A stretch of 63,614 nucleotides of DNA, the filler included, from Aduncisulcus paluster (taxonomy: Eukaryota), in assembly GCA_024181965.1 (NCBI GenBank). It is 11 parts of 11 records of this genome, joined end to end, with 100 filler letters (N's around TTAATTAATTAA, not from the genome) between each part and the next. Parts side by side here need not be neighbours in the genome. Positions count along the whole stretch, not along the records: positions 1 to 8,966 come from BQXS01010092.1; positions 9,067 to 15,738 come from BQXS01010093.1; 9 more parts are not named here. One strand, given 5' to 3'. The notes beneath the pieces are model-generated. The model saw only the letters and a list, made by a program, of their open reading frames with translations. It was not told the DNA's origin and did no database searches. This document shows positions 1 to 12,700 of the stretch, one piece after another (the stretch's first letter is position 1; every line of letters begins with the position of its first letter). Position numbers and translations under genes: made by a program.

Positions 1-1360
1 CAAGGAAGATTCACTCTCTGAGAGACTTGTCGGTCACTATCATCAGAGATCTCACGATCAAGATGATGCTTTTCCATATAGACACTCTCCTCATGTTGGA
101 CTCTCCCATGTTCAAGCCCCCCCATCACCTTTTTTACGTGATGATTCGGAAGGTCATAATCGATCTTGTCATCTGAAAGATATCAAGAATGACGATATTT
201 GTCAAAGGTGTTCAGGTGAATTATTTGATGATTCTGCCTCCCAAACTCTTGTCCCTCCATTATTCACGAATACATGTTCATATGGGTTTCTTCCCTTCCC
301 TGCCAAGCTCTCCCTTGAATCTTTTGTTTCAGAATCATCCCAACTTCATCCATCCCCAATTATTCCTATTTCTGTGTCTCCCTCGATTGTATGGTTAGTG
401 GAACGAATGTCAGGATGCATTTGGGAGCTTTCTGTCGAAGACATGTTGTGTTGGCAAGAATTCAAGCATTTTATGGAGTGGAAAGAGAGATGTAGAACAA
501 GAAAGGAGGAAACTTCGATTTCATTAGATCCTCTCATCCCAATATCTTGTATTGATTTATTCAGTTTTCCTGCTCCCATTTTCTCGATTACAACTCAATC
601 CGACCCTCATCAGGAACAATTTGTTGTTATTGTATGTGAATGTGGATCTATATGGAAATTAAATGTTCAGAAACGAATATTTAAATGTATTGTGAAATGT
701 GATGTTGTTCAATGCTGTTGTGCATCTTTTCGATCTGCTTTCCCAGGCAAAATTCCAAAGGATTGCATCAGCAGAAAGCATGGCCATTCCATTGAATCGA
801 AAGGAAAAAATAAGAATCCATCAAAATCAAAATTGTGTTCAATTCCATATTCTAGAAAATATCAGATAATTTCTCCAATTTTATGTGAGAATACAGTATC
901 AAAGGATAAAAAGGCAAGTCAAAAACATCATTTTGTTATTCTCTTATCCAATAACAAGAACTTAATGAAGCTTAGAATGGATGGGTTAATGACATTATAT
1001 CTTAAATTGCCCGACCAGATGTCAATTCATTCTTCTTCGATGGGTCAATCAGACCTTCTGGCTTTGAGATCACCATGTCATATACTAACCATGTCCAAGG
1101 GAAGGATTGGATGTTGGTGTATTGATTCTAAATTGATATTCTGGACAAGTGGAGATGATATTTCCCAGGTTTCAATTCCTTCTCAAGGATCATTGGAATT
1201 CACATCGCAAATTCACCCAGGCTCAAATTCTTGTTCTTCTCAGAAAAATACATTTATTTGTTTTGACTCCTCTCGAATGCAATGGAGATTGATATGCCTT
1301 GAAGAGGTATTTCCTTCCATTCTTCCTCATAATCCAACTAAAAGTCATGACGAAGATTAG
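1..1360 (+). CDS. Hypothetical protein, 5'-partial
   Basis: The frame of the 374..1360 ORF is open from position 2 (KEDSLSERLVGHYHQ...) to TAG at 1358-1360. No recognisable family. Confidence 0.7.
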   Translation, partial: KEDSLSERLVGHYHQRSHDQDDAFPYRHSPHVGLSHVQAPPSPFLRDDSEGHNRSCHLKDIKNDDICQRCSGELFDDSASQTLVPPLFTNTCSYGFLPFPAKLSLESFVSESSQLHPSPIIPISVSPSIVWLVERMSGCIWELSVEDMLCWQEFKHFMEWKERCRTRKEETSISLDPLIPISCIDLFSFPAPIFSITTQSDPHQEQFVVIVCECGSIWKLNVQKRIFKCIVKCDVVQCCCASFRSAFPGKIPKDCISRKHGHSIESKGKNKNPSKSKLCSIPYSRKYQIISPILCENTVSKDKKASQKHHFVILLSNNKNLMKLRMDGLMTLYLKLPDQMSIHSSSMGQSDLLALRSPCHILTMSKGRIGCWCIDSKLIFWTSGDDISQVSIPSQGSLEFTSQIHPGSNSCSSQKNTFICFDSSRMQWRLICLEEVFPSILPHNPTKSHDED

Positions 1361-1935
1361 TATTACTGAACGATGAAAAAGGGGGAGAGCAAGGACATTT
1401 TTTGCATTGTATCAAAACAATTTATCTCTTCCATTACTTACAGATATAATCCATTCCATGTTTTGTCTCTCCCACCTCACAGAGTGGGGAATGAAGAGAA
1501 ATGTTGCCAAACAATCTGTATAATATGTTGGTGAGGATTTGGAAGTGATTCGATATTTGTGCAGTATCGTATAGTACAGTGTTGAAGAGGACTGGAAGGG
1601 ATAAAAAAATATCACCTGTTGCCCATCTTCGCTGCTTTATTCCTGTTCAGAAAAGAAGAAGGGTGAGAATTAGACGTTTCAGATTCCTACACATGGAATT
1701 TTGCTTCTCCGATGATCATTCAAATAGAATCATTCTTTCAAATAGATCATATCCCAAATATATGAGTCATCCAAATTAATATAATTTATCTTGTTGATAA
1801 TGAGAACCTGAGTAAATGCTTAAAAAATACAATCTGAACGAAAGACTTTTCTTCACTCATACATCATATTTCCCATCACAGTTTCTCAAGACATGAACAT
1901 AATCATCGTCCATTAGATCCATTAATGTTTCATAT

Positions 1936-4587
1936 TTATAAACTTTTTGGAGGAATACCAGTTCCAATAGAATTGGCACGCTCGAAGTAAGATTTTATCC
2001 TCAAAATTGTCGCTACCATGTCATCCACACATGAAAATGACTTTATCCCACCCTTTGCAAGACCAACACATGCTCTTGCTAATTCATCATGAGAGAAACG
2101 TCCACTAAGTTCAAGAGGATTCAAACTCTCAGATTCTTCGAGCAAAGTCTTAATTATTCGCTTCTCACGCTCTTGAATATTCCTAATCTCTCGAAGTTCA
2201 CTTGAAAATATATCGAGACTCCTAAATACGGTTTGGTTTAAAGCTTGGATAAGAGATTGATCGCTGGTTCCTGTTCCTTGTTTTGATGAAGAACCAAATG
2301 GCAGGCTAAGTTCGTTGTGAATTTCTGATCCCTGAAGCTCTTTAGTTCCCTTTATACCTTTTATCTGATGGTCTCTCGGAGACATAGGCAATCCCATGGA
2401 ATCTACAAGTGAAGGATTCACGTCATCCGGGATTTCATCGGGAGCCTTGATATCAGCCTCTCTTCCAGATTGCAATGTTTCAAATGCTTCGATTTCACCA
2501 TCTGAGGTTTTATATAGCGACATATCAATTATAACGAGACGAAGCGCACACATGATATCACCCACGCAAACACTCACAGAACACGTCTGGTCTCCAGCAC
2601 CCCCAGGTCTTCTTGCAATCTTCTGCAAGGATGATACAGAAAGTGTCACAGTTCCAAGAATAATGTCATCTTGGAATCCTGGCTGTATGATCCTGCCACC
2701 ACTTGTGGAATATCCCGATTTGGAAGGATGTCCACTTTTTCGTCCACGAATTTCAATACTTAGCCGATCTCCTCTATCGGACATGTCAACAAGAGGCGTT
2801 GGCGACGAAAGTGGCATACAATGAGCAGATGCTGCATATGTGGAAGAAGTTGAAGAAGATTGAAGGCTTGTTGACTTCGAAGATTTATATCCAGTTTTGG
2901 AATCAACCGAGAAAGTTTTACCTTGGGGAGATTTCCCAATTATTTTGAGCATGTTTGCAGAAAGAGGAAGGGCACCAAGAGTAACAGAGGCCAATTGTGA
3001 TGCGGATGTATTAATTCCCATCTCTCTCAATGGAGGAAGTGATAATATCTGTGCCAGTGATGATCGTGGTAACGTTTTAGTGAGATAAGAAATATAATCA
3101 TATTTACCTGACGAATCCATCTCAGGTTTCATTGAAGCACCACCAGATTCCTGACTGAATCTCGGAGCAATAGCACATTTATGTTCAAAAAATTTGTCAT
3201 CTGCCACAGAAAATCCTTTGGTATCATCACTAGACACATCAATTGTCCGGCTACTTCCAGAGCCACCAGCTCCAGCGGAAGCGACGACAAATGGGTTTGT
3301 GGGCATTGTTGGAGCTGCATGTGAACATAATGTACAAAGAGCAACAATGTGAGAGCACTGATTATCCCTAAGAACCTCGGCATGATGCTTGAGGAGATGG
3401 AGTTTTGTCACAGTTGGTATATACAGCTTTGCAGGAACAAGAGGTGCACCTGGAGGAGCTGGAAGGAGACCAATGCGAATATTAACATCAGCATAACCAC
3501 TCAATAAAGGAAGTTGAAGGGAGATGCAACGCTCAGCAGGGTTTACATACATGTGTTCAAGACCATTTAGACGGATAGTTGATATAGGGATAGGTTGTTG
3601 AGTCGGTTCTCTTGTATTCAAAGCTAAAACCGTCATCAATACGGGTTTTGAATTGTCAGGATCCGATAACACATCAAGAGGAAGGAACACCGAGGTTGAA
3701 GGATGGGATGTTGACAATACAGAGGTAACATCAGGATATTTTGATATGATTGGGGTACAAGAAATCAAAGGAATAATATCTGTTCGACAAAATGCATCTG
3801 GAAAGGATTCTGAAGCCATAGCAATGGCAAGACCATTGATACTAGAAGGTACTGGAAACTCAGGTGGAATTGGCTTCGGTGATTTGATTCCAACACATCT
3901 CCCAAGAACCATTTTTGGTGTTAAAGAGGTTTTTGTTAGAGATATTGTTGCATTTTCCATTGTAATACTGACATGGGGTAATGGTCCTTGGGTTGGCTCC
4001 CCACCAAATACAAATTTGTCACGCACATTATTTGCAGGAACTTGAGCCCCCATATCTCCATCAATAGCAGTTAAAATATCTTTGCTTAGGAGTTTTTTCA
4101 TTGAAACTTCCACAGTACATCTTCCTAATTCCTCATCAGTCGATTCAACATTAGCTCCATCATACTTAATTCCTGTCAATTTAACATTGATTTTTAATGG
4201 TCTTCCGGCCGTTGTTCGATCAAAAATAACACCAGTATCACCAATAGCAAGAGATGCAACAGCAATGAGAGGGGCATGCTTTTTATGAGGAAATTCCAGA
4301 TTCCGTGTGTCAAAAACTTCACAAATTTCAATTGAAAAATTGATTCCCTCCCCTTCATCATTCGAAGTATCCGATCCAGCGACTGAAGATAAGACAAATG
4401 ATATAACAGACCGAGGGAATTTTGGACGAATGGATGGGAGAGAAATTCCAGTAATCCCGCTAGATTTTGAAGAAGAATATATTAATTTTTGATCTACACG
4501 AACGACAGCGCAATACCTAGCCTTTCGTTTCAATTCTATATTTTCCAAGCGTATTTCAAGTTTAATGGCTCCATCACTGGCGAACAT
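1936..4587 (-). CDS. 883-aa hypothetical protein, possibly with C2-like beta-sandwich domains
   Basis: Long uninterrupted ORF. The N-terminal LEIRLENIEL...YCAVVRVD...FSIEICEV...IAVASLAI pattern resembles a C2 domain (inference only). Confidence 0.75.
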   Translation of the reverse strand: MFASDGAIKLEIRLENIELKRKARYCAVVRVDQKLIYSSSKSSGITGISLPSIRPKFPRSVISFVLSSVAGSDTSNDEGEGINFSIEICEVFDTRNLEFPHKKHAPLIAVASLAIGDTGVIFDRTTAGRPLKINVKLTGIKYDGANVESTDEELGRCTVEVSMKKLLSKDILTAIDGDMGAQVPANNVRDKFVFGGEPTQGPLPHVSITMENATISLTKTSLTPKMVLGRCVGIKSPKPIPPEFPVPSSINGLAIAMASESFPDAFCRTDIIPLISCTPIISKYPDVTSVLSTSHPSTSVFLPLDVLSDPDNSKPVLMTVLALNTREPTQQPIPISTIRLNGLEHMYVNPAERCISLQLPLLSGYADVNIRIGLLPAPPGAPLVPAKLYIPTVTKLHLLKHHAEVLRDNQCSHIVALCTLCSHAAPTMPTNPFVVASAGAGGSGSSRTIDVSSDDTKGFSVADDKFFEHKCAIAPRFSQESGGASMKPEMDSSGKYDYISYLTKTLPRSSLAQILSLPPLREMGINTSASQLASVTLGALPLSANMLKIIGKSPQGKTFSVDSKTGYKSSKSTSLQSSSTSSTYAASAHCMPLSSPTPLVDMSDRGDRLSIEIRGRKSGHPSKSGYSTSGGRIIQPGFQDDIILGTVTLSVSSLQKIARRPGGAGDQTCSVSVCVGDIMCALRLVIIDMSLYKTSDGEIEAFETLQSGREADIKAPDEIPDDVNPSLVDSMGLPMSPRDHQIKGIKGTKELQGSEIHNELSLPFGSSSKQGTGTSDQSLIQALNQTVFRSLDIFSSELREIRNIQEREKRIIKTLLEESESLNPLELSGRFSHDELARACVGLAKGGIKSFSCVDDMVATILRIKSYFERANSIGTGIPPKSL

Positions 4588-4654
4588 GAAATATAATTGA
4601 AATTTTTAATCAAATAAAATTGGTATAATAAAATTGAATACTGTATTTAACAGA

Positions 4655-4715
4655 AATCGTATTATACGATTATCGTATAATATTAATACTATTCCGAATA
4701 GTATACGAGTCGTAT
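4655..4715. promoter_or_regulatory. Cluster of four palindromes built largely on TCGTAT/ATACGA
   Basis: AATCGTAT-T-ATACGATT (4655-4671), TATTATACGAT-T-ATCGTATAATA (4660-4682), ATACTATTC-C-GAATAGTAT (4686-4704), ATACGA-G-TCGTAT (4703-4715). Lies upstream of the ATG at 4587. Function unknown. Confidence 0.35.
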
Positions 4716-5039
4716 TATTAATTCAGAAAATATATTAAGATATAAATAATGATAAAAATTAAAATATTAGGAAAAAAAAAAATCATCTGGTTCAAATTTG
4801 CTTTTTCGTGGCTATTACTCGGTCAATATTGACTGTCAAGTTGACATTCGTCATTTGAATGATTAGAAAAAATGAATAATTCTGTACTGTAATACATCAC
4901 AGAAATGTGGACAATACATTTTTTGAATGAATTTATCTTCTTGATAAACCTAGTTGGTTTTAAAAATTTAAAATTAAAATTTGTCTTGATCACCAAGATT
5001 TTTGTGCGAAAAAGCAATCGACGTATCTCAAAAGTCCAT

Positions 5040-6047
5040 TGTGGGCACTTCAGATTTAAAATCTGAGATTTTCCCATTCAAATCGAGATACCCATTCTTC
5101 AAGAAGTTCTTCTTCTTCTTCCAGACAACATGCTGATGATGATTTCGTGATATATTTGGAGATTATGGAACAAGACGTATTAAATTTAGATCCTATATAG
5201 TTTGAAGTTGGGAAAAGGCAAACTATGACAAGAGATCGTCCAATCTCTGATTCTTTTGATCCTCAACCAATCATTCATGGATCCACTGATGGGAGTCTAA
5301 GTTTGGAAGATGGTAGCAGTGTGAGTGTCAGTGGTGGGAATAGCTTGTCGAGGATGGAATGACTTCTAAAATAGATCACATAAAACTCAATTCTAATGGT
5401 TCGAGGTTGTTAAGGATATTTCATTGTTACGATTCCTTTTGCTTCAGTTCTATGCCGTATTGAAAAACAAGTTAAGTATTGAAAACGTTCACGGTTCATA
5501 CTTGCTTCTTTTGTTACCAACTATTCATTCAGCCCATTCGAGCGATAAACTTCAATGTATTGCGGGATACATATATGAATTGTGACAGACAGTCGTGATC
5601 CTAGGTGTCTAATTTCTTTCCTCAGAGGTTAACATTGTTCCCATTTTAAAACATGAATTTGAATATTCAAGAACATAGAAAATCTCATTGAACTCGGGTC
5701 GATTGCTGTCCATCATGAATCTCCTCCTGAAAGGAAGATATAATATCATCGAAAAGAACAAACTTATGTCCGAGCTATTCAACGAAGCTCTGGCAAAGGC
5801 CGTATTCATTGATTTATTGGGTTATTCCCCTGACAAGTTGGTACTCACAGAAATGGAAAAAAATGTCGCTTCTCAGCTTGATAGTGTCGAGATGATGCTC
5901 ATTCAAAGAGGTTGGGGTGATTTAATCGGCCCAAAAGTATTCAAAAATCCTCCGAGGAGAGGTTCTTTACATGCTTCATCATACGATCCAAAATCAATCC
6001 GTCGTTTTATTTTTGAATTTTCTGAACGTCATGCGGGCACATCATGA
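5040..6047 (+). pseudogene. Fragmented coding-like region (frameshifted gene or error-rich sequence)
   Basis: Coding-like composition with short open segments switching frame, ending in the 119-aa ORF 5688..6047. Confidence 0.35.
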
Positions 6048-6297
6048 CACTATCCCAATGTTGTACAATGTCTCGAATCGAATCGAGTATACATCAGGTT
6101 AAACCTGATCTCGATGGTAAATTACAAAATCGAAAGTACCTCAACTGGGAAAATTCTTGAAGTCTTGAAACATGGGAAAACAGTTTTCGAGACATTCCGG
6201 GAGTCTATTATTTCTGATGAAGAATATTAAGTACTTAATAGTAATAATATATAAATAATTATAAAAATGAAGGAGATTAACACTATCAAAAACCCGC

Positions 6298-7700
6298 ATG
6301 GTGGTCACTCGCACAAACGAAACCGGTCGCAGACATCGGCCGAAACACAATTCCAAGAAGACTCGACCCTTCGCTTGAGAGACTCCATCCGATCCATCGC
6401 CATCCTCGAGAAAATGAACTTCATGTTTTCCAGGAAGTGATGCGTTGCAAAGATGTGTCTATGATTGAATATGGCGATCTTCAGACCCTTCTTGGGTATT
6501 GTGGAGTGTATCGTAATGGAATGTTTCAAGGGTTCTCCTCACCAATGTTGACATATGACTTGACGATCTCCCCAACCATCTCCAAACTTTCTGATCTTGA
6601 TGATCCCATACTATCCGCTCACCTCATTACACGTGACGTACTATCCTCGATTGCAATCGATGAATTCTCGATTGTCCCACTCGAACCAAATGTCGTTACA
6701 CGTGTTTCCATCTCGTTTTCAGAGTACATTCGTTTCGATCGTCTTTTTTGTTCTTTACGCTCTTATCCGTTTTTCTTGGCATTATCATCATAGTATATAC
6801 CAAGAACGTGCCAAACACCGATATCCTGAGAGCTGCGAACAATGTATCCTCATAGCACACATTCGTTGAGGCTTCTCTTCCAAAAAAACAATCATTTCCA
6901 TTTATACGAGGATAAGGCCCTTGCCTTTCGTCGTTTCGGATCGATCCACTCCCTTTCTGTCATTCACACTGNNNNNNNNNNNNNNNNNNNNTTCAGAGTA
7001 CATTCGTTTCGATCGTCTTTTTTGTTCTTTACGCTCTTATCCGTTTTTCTTGGCATTATCATCATAGTATATACCAAGAACGTGCCAAACACCGATATCC
7101 TGAGAGCTGCGAACAATGTATCCTCATAGCACACATTCGTTGAGGCTTCTCTTCCAAAAAAACAATCATTTCCATTTATACGAGGATAAGGCCCTTGCCT
7201 TTCGTCGTTTCGGATCGATCCACTCCCTTTCTGTCATTCACACTGAAGACTATCTTGAACACATGCTTGTTTGGAATTCCAACAATCCAACCACTGCCGA
7301 GTGGTGGCCAGTCAACTATGTCCTCGATCCATGGAGCGACTATATGATTGCTGACACTGACAATGATGTCACTTATGGCACCTCAGATATAATAAGTCGA
7401 ATCAAGCCTTCTTTCCAGGCACCACCAATCGAAAATGGTGATTTACACCATGCTTTCATCTCTACGGTGGTATGTTGTATCATTTTCCTTATAGATGCAT
7501 TTTTTCTTGGTGTGTTGTCGTACAAGAATGTTGATATTGTTACGATATCAATCAGAAAGAGACTGATCACCTTTTGGAACATGATATCGGGGTACTCTCA
7601 GTATCTAGATTTAAATGATGCAAATCCGTTCCCATATTCTATATATATAAATGGACGGGCGCGAAATTACTCGGGAGTAACTTCCTCCGGTAAAAAGTAG
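6298..7700 (+). pseudogene. Frameshifted putative membrane protein gene (pseudogene or indel errors)
   Basis: Segments MVVTRTNETGRRHRPK / ...HPRENELHVFQEVMRCK / FFTLLSVFLGIIIIVY (TM) / ...AFISTVVCCIIFLIDAFFLGVL (TM) join with single-base shifts near 6368, 6745 and 6845. About 6718-6971 is duplicated after the N20 gap. Confidence 0.45.
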
Positions 7701-8167
7701 GTGCCATAACAGTCCGACAAAGAAGAGGCTCATAAATCATGTTTACTAACGGCTCAAGACAAAATAATAGGAAGGAAATAAGGGGAATTAAAAGAATGAG
7801 CTCGAGTAATAATATAGAGAATTAGTAATTTCCTCAGTAGAGGTCCAGACGGATATAAAAATAAGCAAAGAAAAACAAAGTTTATGCAACAATTCCGAGA
7901 AAGCAAGGACAAAAAAAGAAGCCAAGAAAAGCTTGTGTTATAAAAAAAACAACAACATGGGATATTGAAACACAATAAATAAGATTTAAACACCCCGTTC
8001 AAAGTACAACAATAATAAAATAAATTCAAAGCCCGGGAATCAAAGAAGTAACGGATGAGAATCACGATTACAAAAAGAATAATAATTATGATAGATCGAT
8101 AGACGATGTGAAAACAAACAACAGAAATGATATGTAATCAACGAATAATGATAGTTCTGGGCCTCAC

Positions 8168-8966
8168 TTAGCGTCTTTCAGTCACACTCAACCTAACATC
8201 AGCAAGATCAAGGCCTTCGGCACCACTCTGACTGTGGAGAGTTCTCTCGGCAACAGAAAATCCTCTGTGCTTGGTGAGGGAAGACAAATCGAGACGAGAA
8301 GCACCACGGGTCCTTCTGATCTGTTTCATCATCTTCTCTCTGAACTGAATCTCATGGGTCTGGATGGGAACCCAAGCAAAGGCCAACAGAATCATGGCAA
8401 TGAAACAGACAGGAGAGTTGTACAGGAACATTGTCATGACAGGGTCATAGTCAGCATCTCCTTTCACACCATCAACAATATCGGCAAGCTGTCCAAAGAC
8501 AATGGGGAAGGCTGCACGACCGATAGAGTTACCAAATTGGGCGATACCGAGGTTTGAACCATGGTCCTCAGGCTTTCCAAAGAGAGACAACAAGTAAATG
8601 AAGCAACCATGAGCAAGTCCCTCGAGAGATGTTGTGAACATCATAGGAATGACAGGCATGTATCTGGTCTCATAAGAGGGAGTGACATAACCGAGGAAGA
8701 GGTTTCCAATGAGCATGACGAGAAGGTTGATGTGAATGGTGAAGACTTCTCCAATACGTTTGACGAGATAGGGGGTCAACAACTGTCCATACACAATGGT
8801 GATAAGACCAGGTCCAGATTGAGTCAGAAGAACCATGAAAGAAGTGTCCTCGAAAATCCTAGCCTGGAGAACACCAGTATCAGTGATGTCTTCCTCTTCC
8901 ATATACTCAGAGGCTGGAACACGACTAAACCAACTAACATTGGTATCACGGTTGATACTGTAAATA
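8168..8966 (-). CDS. MFS-type transporter, C-terminal half (5'-truncated at contig edge)
   Basis: Several TM helices with PYLVKRIGE and EDHGSNLGIAQFGNSIGRAAFPIVFG, typical of MFS C-domain loops. Frame is open to the linker. Confidence 0.75.
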
Positions 8967-9066
8967 NNNNNNNNNNNNNNNNNNNNNNNNNNNNNNNNNN
9001 NNNNNNNNNNTTAATTAATTAANNNNNNNNNNNNNNNNNNNNNNNNNNNNNNNNNNNNNNNNNNNN
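8967..9066. other. Artificial contig linker N44-TTAATTAATTAA-N44 (also 15739-15838, 22765-22864, 27422-27521, 34663-34762, 42664-42763, 50113-50212, 53153-53252, 56680-56779, 60420-60519)
   Basis: Identical 100-nt structure each time, with six-frame stop codons. Adjacency across linkers is not biological. Confidence 0.98.
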
Positions 9067-9731
9067 CCTGGATATATGCAGATAATTCAAGAATCTAAGA
9101 GAAGGAATACCAGCAATTATTTTAGCACGAAGATCTTGGCAGAAGGTTTTATCTCCGGGGCTTTTTGGATGCTGAGTAATAGGATTTTCATCGATAATAA
9201 GATGTTCCAGTTTTTTGCAGAAGAATAGAGGTTTGAGTTGGTCAATGTTGGAAATTCGATTGTTATGGAGATTAAGACATTTTAATGATGGCATAAATAT
9301 CGAAATATAATATGAAATCGTGAAAATATTGTTATCGGCTAAAAATAGCGAAGATATGCGCGGCATAAGAGGAAAGCCAGATAATGATGAAATTGAATTT
9401 CTATTTAAATCTATGCAATCATATTTCGACTACATAATAGTTTTAAATGAAAATTAATGAATAATAAAGTTCAATATTAAAATAGAAGAGATATAAAAAA
9501 TCGATTAGAATGGACACAAGAAATGGGTCGGAAAATAGAACATGTAACAAATAATAGTGAGTAATTTCTAGATTATAAAACAACAATGGGATATTTTCTT
9601 GTGATATTAGAAGTAACACATACAGATAATAGATGGAACGATTTAATCTTGGTTCTACCCTGATCTCTGAGAATTAAAGTTCGTTCCCCGATACATGAAA
9701 CGTATTCTGTTGCAGAGGAGAAATATTGCAT
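9067..9731 (-). CDS. SNRPA1: U2 snRNP protein A' (LRR), two exons 9731-9624 and 9429-9067 (3'-truncated)
   Basis: Spliced product MQYFSSATEYVSCIGERTLILRDQGRTKIKSFHLLS|SKYDCIDLNRNSISSLSGFPLMPRISSLFLADNN...LRAKIIAGIPSLRFLNY parallels U2A' (DRELDLRG...FDAIDFSDN...LDGFPLLRRL). Phase-0 intron 9623-9430, GTATGT...TAG. Confidence 0.85.
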
Positions 9732-9781
9732 CTGATACGAGATCAAGAAAACGAGTGAAAATAAAGTTGTGTTTTTGAACC

Positions 9782-12700
9782 ATGTCCTTTCCGAAAACCT
9801 GTCATTTCTTTTCTAGAATTGGTGTATGTAGGCATGGAGATTCTTGTAACAAAAATCATATCCGTCCAGATCATTCTAGTACACTTTTATTTCCAAACTT
9901 GTATCCCTTGCCCGAATTACAATTAAAATGTAAAGAAACTCAACTCCCTAAAGATAATAATGAATTAATAAGTTTAATACCCCTTTCATTTCTTCAAAAA
10001 CATTTAGATGAGTTTTTTGAAGACATTTTTTGTCGTTTGATACAATATGGTCCAATTGAGCAACTTCATATAACGTCAAATCATGTTGATCACCTTGCAG
10101 GATGTGTATATGTTAAATATTATTTTGAAGAAGATGCAATGCGTGCTTTGGATGCCTTTACAGATGAATATTTTGCTGGTCGTCCTGTTCGTGTTGAAAA
10201 ATGTCCCGTCCATGATTTTTCCAGTGCTAGATGTAAAGATTATGAAGAGTCTGTTTGTACTCGGCATGGTGGGTGTAATATGTTACATTTACGCCGCCCA
10301 TCTCAATCTGTGTGCGATCAGCTTTATTCTACTGCTAATAAGTTCTGGGTATGGAAGAGAGGAGCATCAGAGTTCAAACCCAAATATGATTATCGACATA
10401 TTTATGGGTGGCATGATCGAATCAACACCCCGTCACATCTGAGTGATCTCCGACAACTCCATGAAGAGAGGCTGACAGAAATAGATCGTGAGAAAGATAG
10501 GGATAGTAGAGATCATCCACACTACCATCCTGTCCACGACAGGGACTCGTGGCGTTCCGGTGGTGACTCTCGGCGAGATGACTGGCAGTATATTGAGTCT
10601 AGACGTACAAGTGGAGATGATTACCATTCATTTCATTCATATAGGACACCACACTCATCCTCCCAATATCCTCCTATGTCCTCATCAACATCAACATCAT
10701 CATCAACATCCGTGGCTATTGGTTTCTCTGGTGGGAAGAGGAGAGTCTGGAGAGAAAAAGAATGGAGTAGAGATTATACTGAACAACCTCTTCGGACAAC
10801 ATTGTCAGGCACAGATGTTGGATCATCATTACTACCACTATCAACGACGACTGGAGTGCTGGACTCAAGAGATAGAGATAGAAATATGGATACAAGAGAT
10901 CACAAACATCTGCACTATCATCAGTATCCTTCAACGCTTTCATCACACCCATCAACAACGACTACAGCTTCTTCCTCTTCTTCCTCTTCTTCCTCTTCTT
11001 CCTCTTCTTCCTCAGCCATAACGACTGCTACTGCTACTGCTACTGCTACTGCCATACCCACAAACACTGCAACTCACACTTCCACTTATTCTACAGGTCC
11101 TTATCAGTCAAGCCATAAACACCATGCTGCTCCTCTTGGATATAATTCACCCAGGATATCTCAAGATTCCATTCGAGACAGTGGCAGAGACAGTGGCAGA
11201 GACAGAGACAGAGAGAGGGACAGTGGCAGAGACAGGGACAGTGGCAGAGAGAGGGACAGAGAGAGGAACTGGGGCAGGATAGATGAGATGAGAGTGGCAG
11301 AAAGAGTCGATCGAGGAGGAGATAGGAGAAGACAGAAGGTGGGTGGATCACATGTATCTTCACATGGACAACCATCGTCTGTGATACATGTGAATGATGC
11401 AGCTGTTAGCAATAGTATTATGACACCAGCATCTGCTTCAGCATCTGCATCATCATCTGCAACTATACCAGCCATGTCAGGAAGTGCTATTACGGCTGCT
11501 ACCGGCAATGTTACAGGCAATGTTACAGGCAATGTTACAGGCAATGTTACAGGCAATGTTACCGGTAGCACTATTATTATTGGAACTGATATTGCTGCTG
11601 CCTCTGGTCCTAAAGAGTCGATCGAGGAGGAGATAGGAGAAGACAGAAGGTGGGTGGATCACATGTATCTTCACATGGACAACCATCGTCTGTGATACAT
11701 GTGAATGATGCAGCTGTTAGCAATAGTATTATGACACCAGCATCTGCTTCAGCATCTGCATCATCATCTGCAACTATACCAGCCATGTCAGGAAGTGCTA
11801 TTACGGCTGCTACCGGCAATGTTACAGGCAATGTTACAGGCAATGTTACAGGCAATGTTACAGGCAATGTTACCGGTAGCGAGAGGGACAGTGGCAGAGA
11901 CAGGGACAGTGGCAGAGAGAGGGACAGAGAGAGGAACTGGGGCAGGATAGATGAGATGAGAGTGGCAGAAAGAGTCGATCGAGGAGGAGATAGGAGAAGA
12001 CAGAAGGTGGGTGGATCACATGTATCTTCACATGGACAACCATCGTCTGTGATACATGTGAATGATGCAGCTGTTAGCAATAGTATTATGACACCAGCAT
12101 CTGCTGCTCCTCTTGGATATAATTCACCCAGGATATCTCAAGATTCCATTCGAGACAGTGGCAGAGACAGTGGCAGAGACAGAGACAGAGAGAGGGACAG
12201 TGGCAGAGACAGGGACAGTGGCAGAGAGAGGGACAGAGAGAGGAACTGGGGCAGGATAGATGAGATGAGAGTGGCAGAAAGAGTCGATCGAGGAGGAGAT
12301 AGGAGAAGACAGAAGGTGGGTGGATCACATGTATCTTCACATGGACAACCATCGTCTGTGATACATGTGAATGATGCAGCTGTTAGCAATAGTATTATGA
12401 CACCAGCATCTGCTTCAGCATCTGCATCATCATCTGCAACTATACCAGCCATGTCAGGAAGTGCTATTACGGCTGCTACCGGCAATGTTACAGGCAATGT
12501 TACAGGCAATGTTACAGGCAATGTTACAGGCAATGTTACCGGTAGCACTATTATTATTGGAACTGATATTGCTGCTGCCTCTGGTCCTTCCTTTGGTGTG
12601 TCCTCTGTGAGTAGTACGAGTGGCATAAGTACAGCTGCTTCATTGTCTTCCTCCCAAGATATCCACAGTGATTTCATAGATGCCGACAACACTATAGCCT

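Noticed and set aside
5040-7700. Stop-codon reassignment or RNA editing to explain the broken ORFs
   Set aside because: Breaks are frame changes, and all three stops terminate conserved genes elsewhere in the window; indel error or decay is simpler.
11125-12588. Long direct repeats in U2AF35 as real exon duplication or a CRISPR-like array
   Set aside because: Exact, shuffled copies with no spacers; removing them restores a single frame, so misassembly in low-complexity DNA is more likely.
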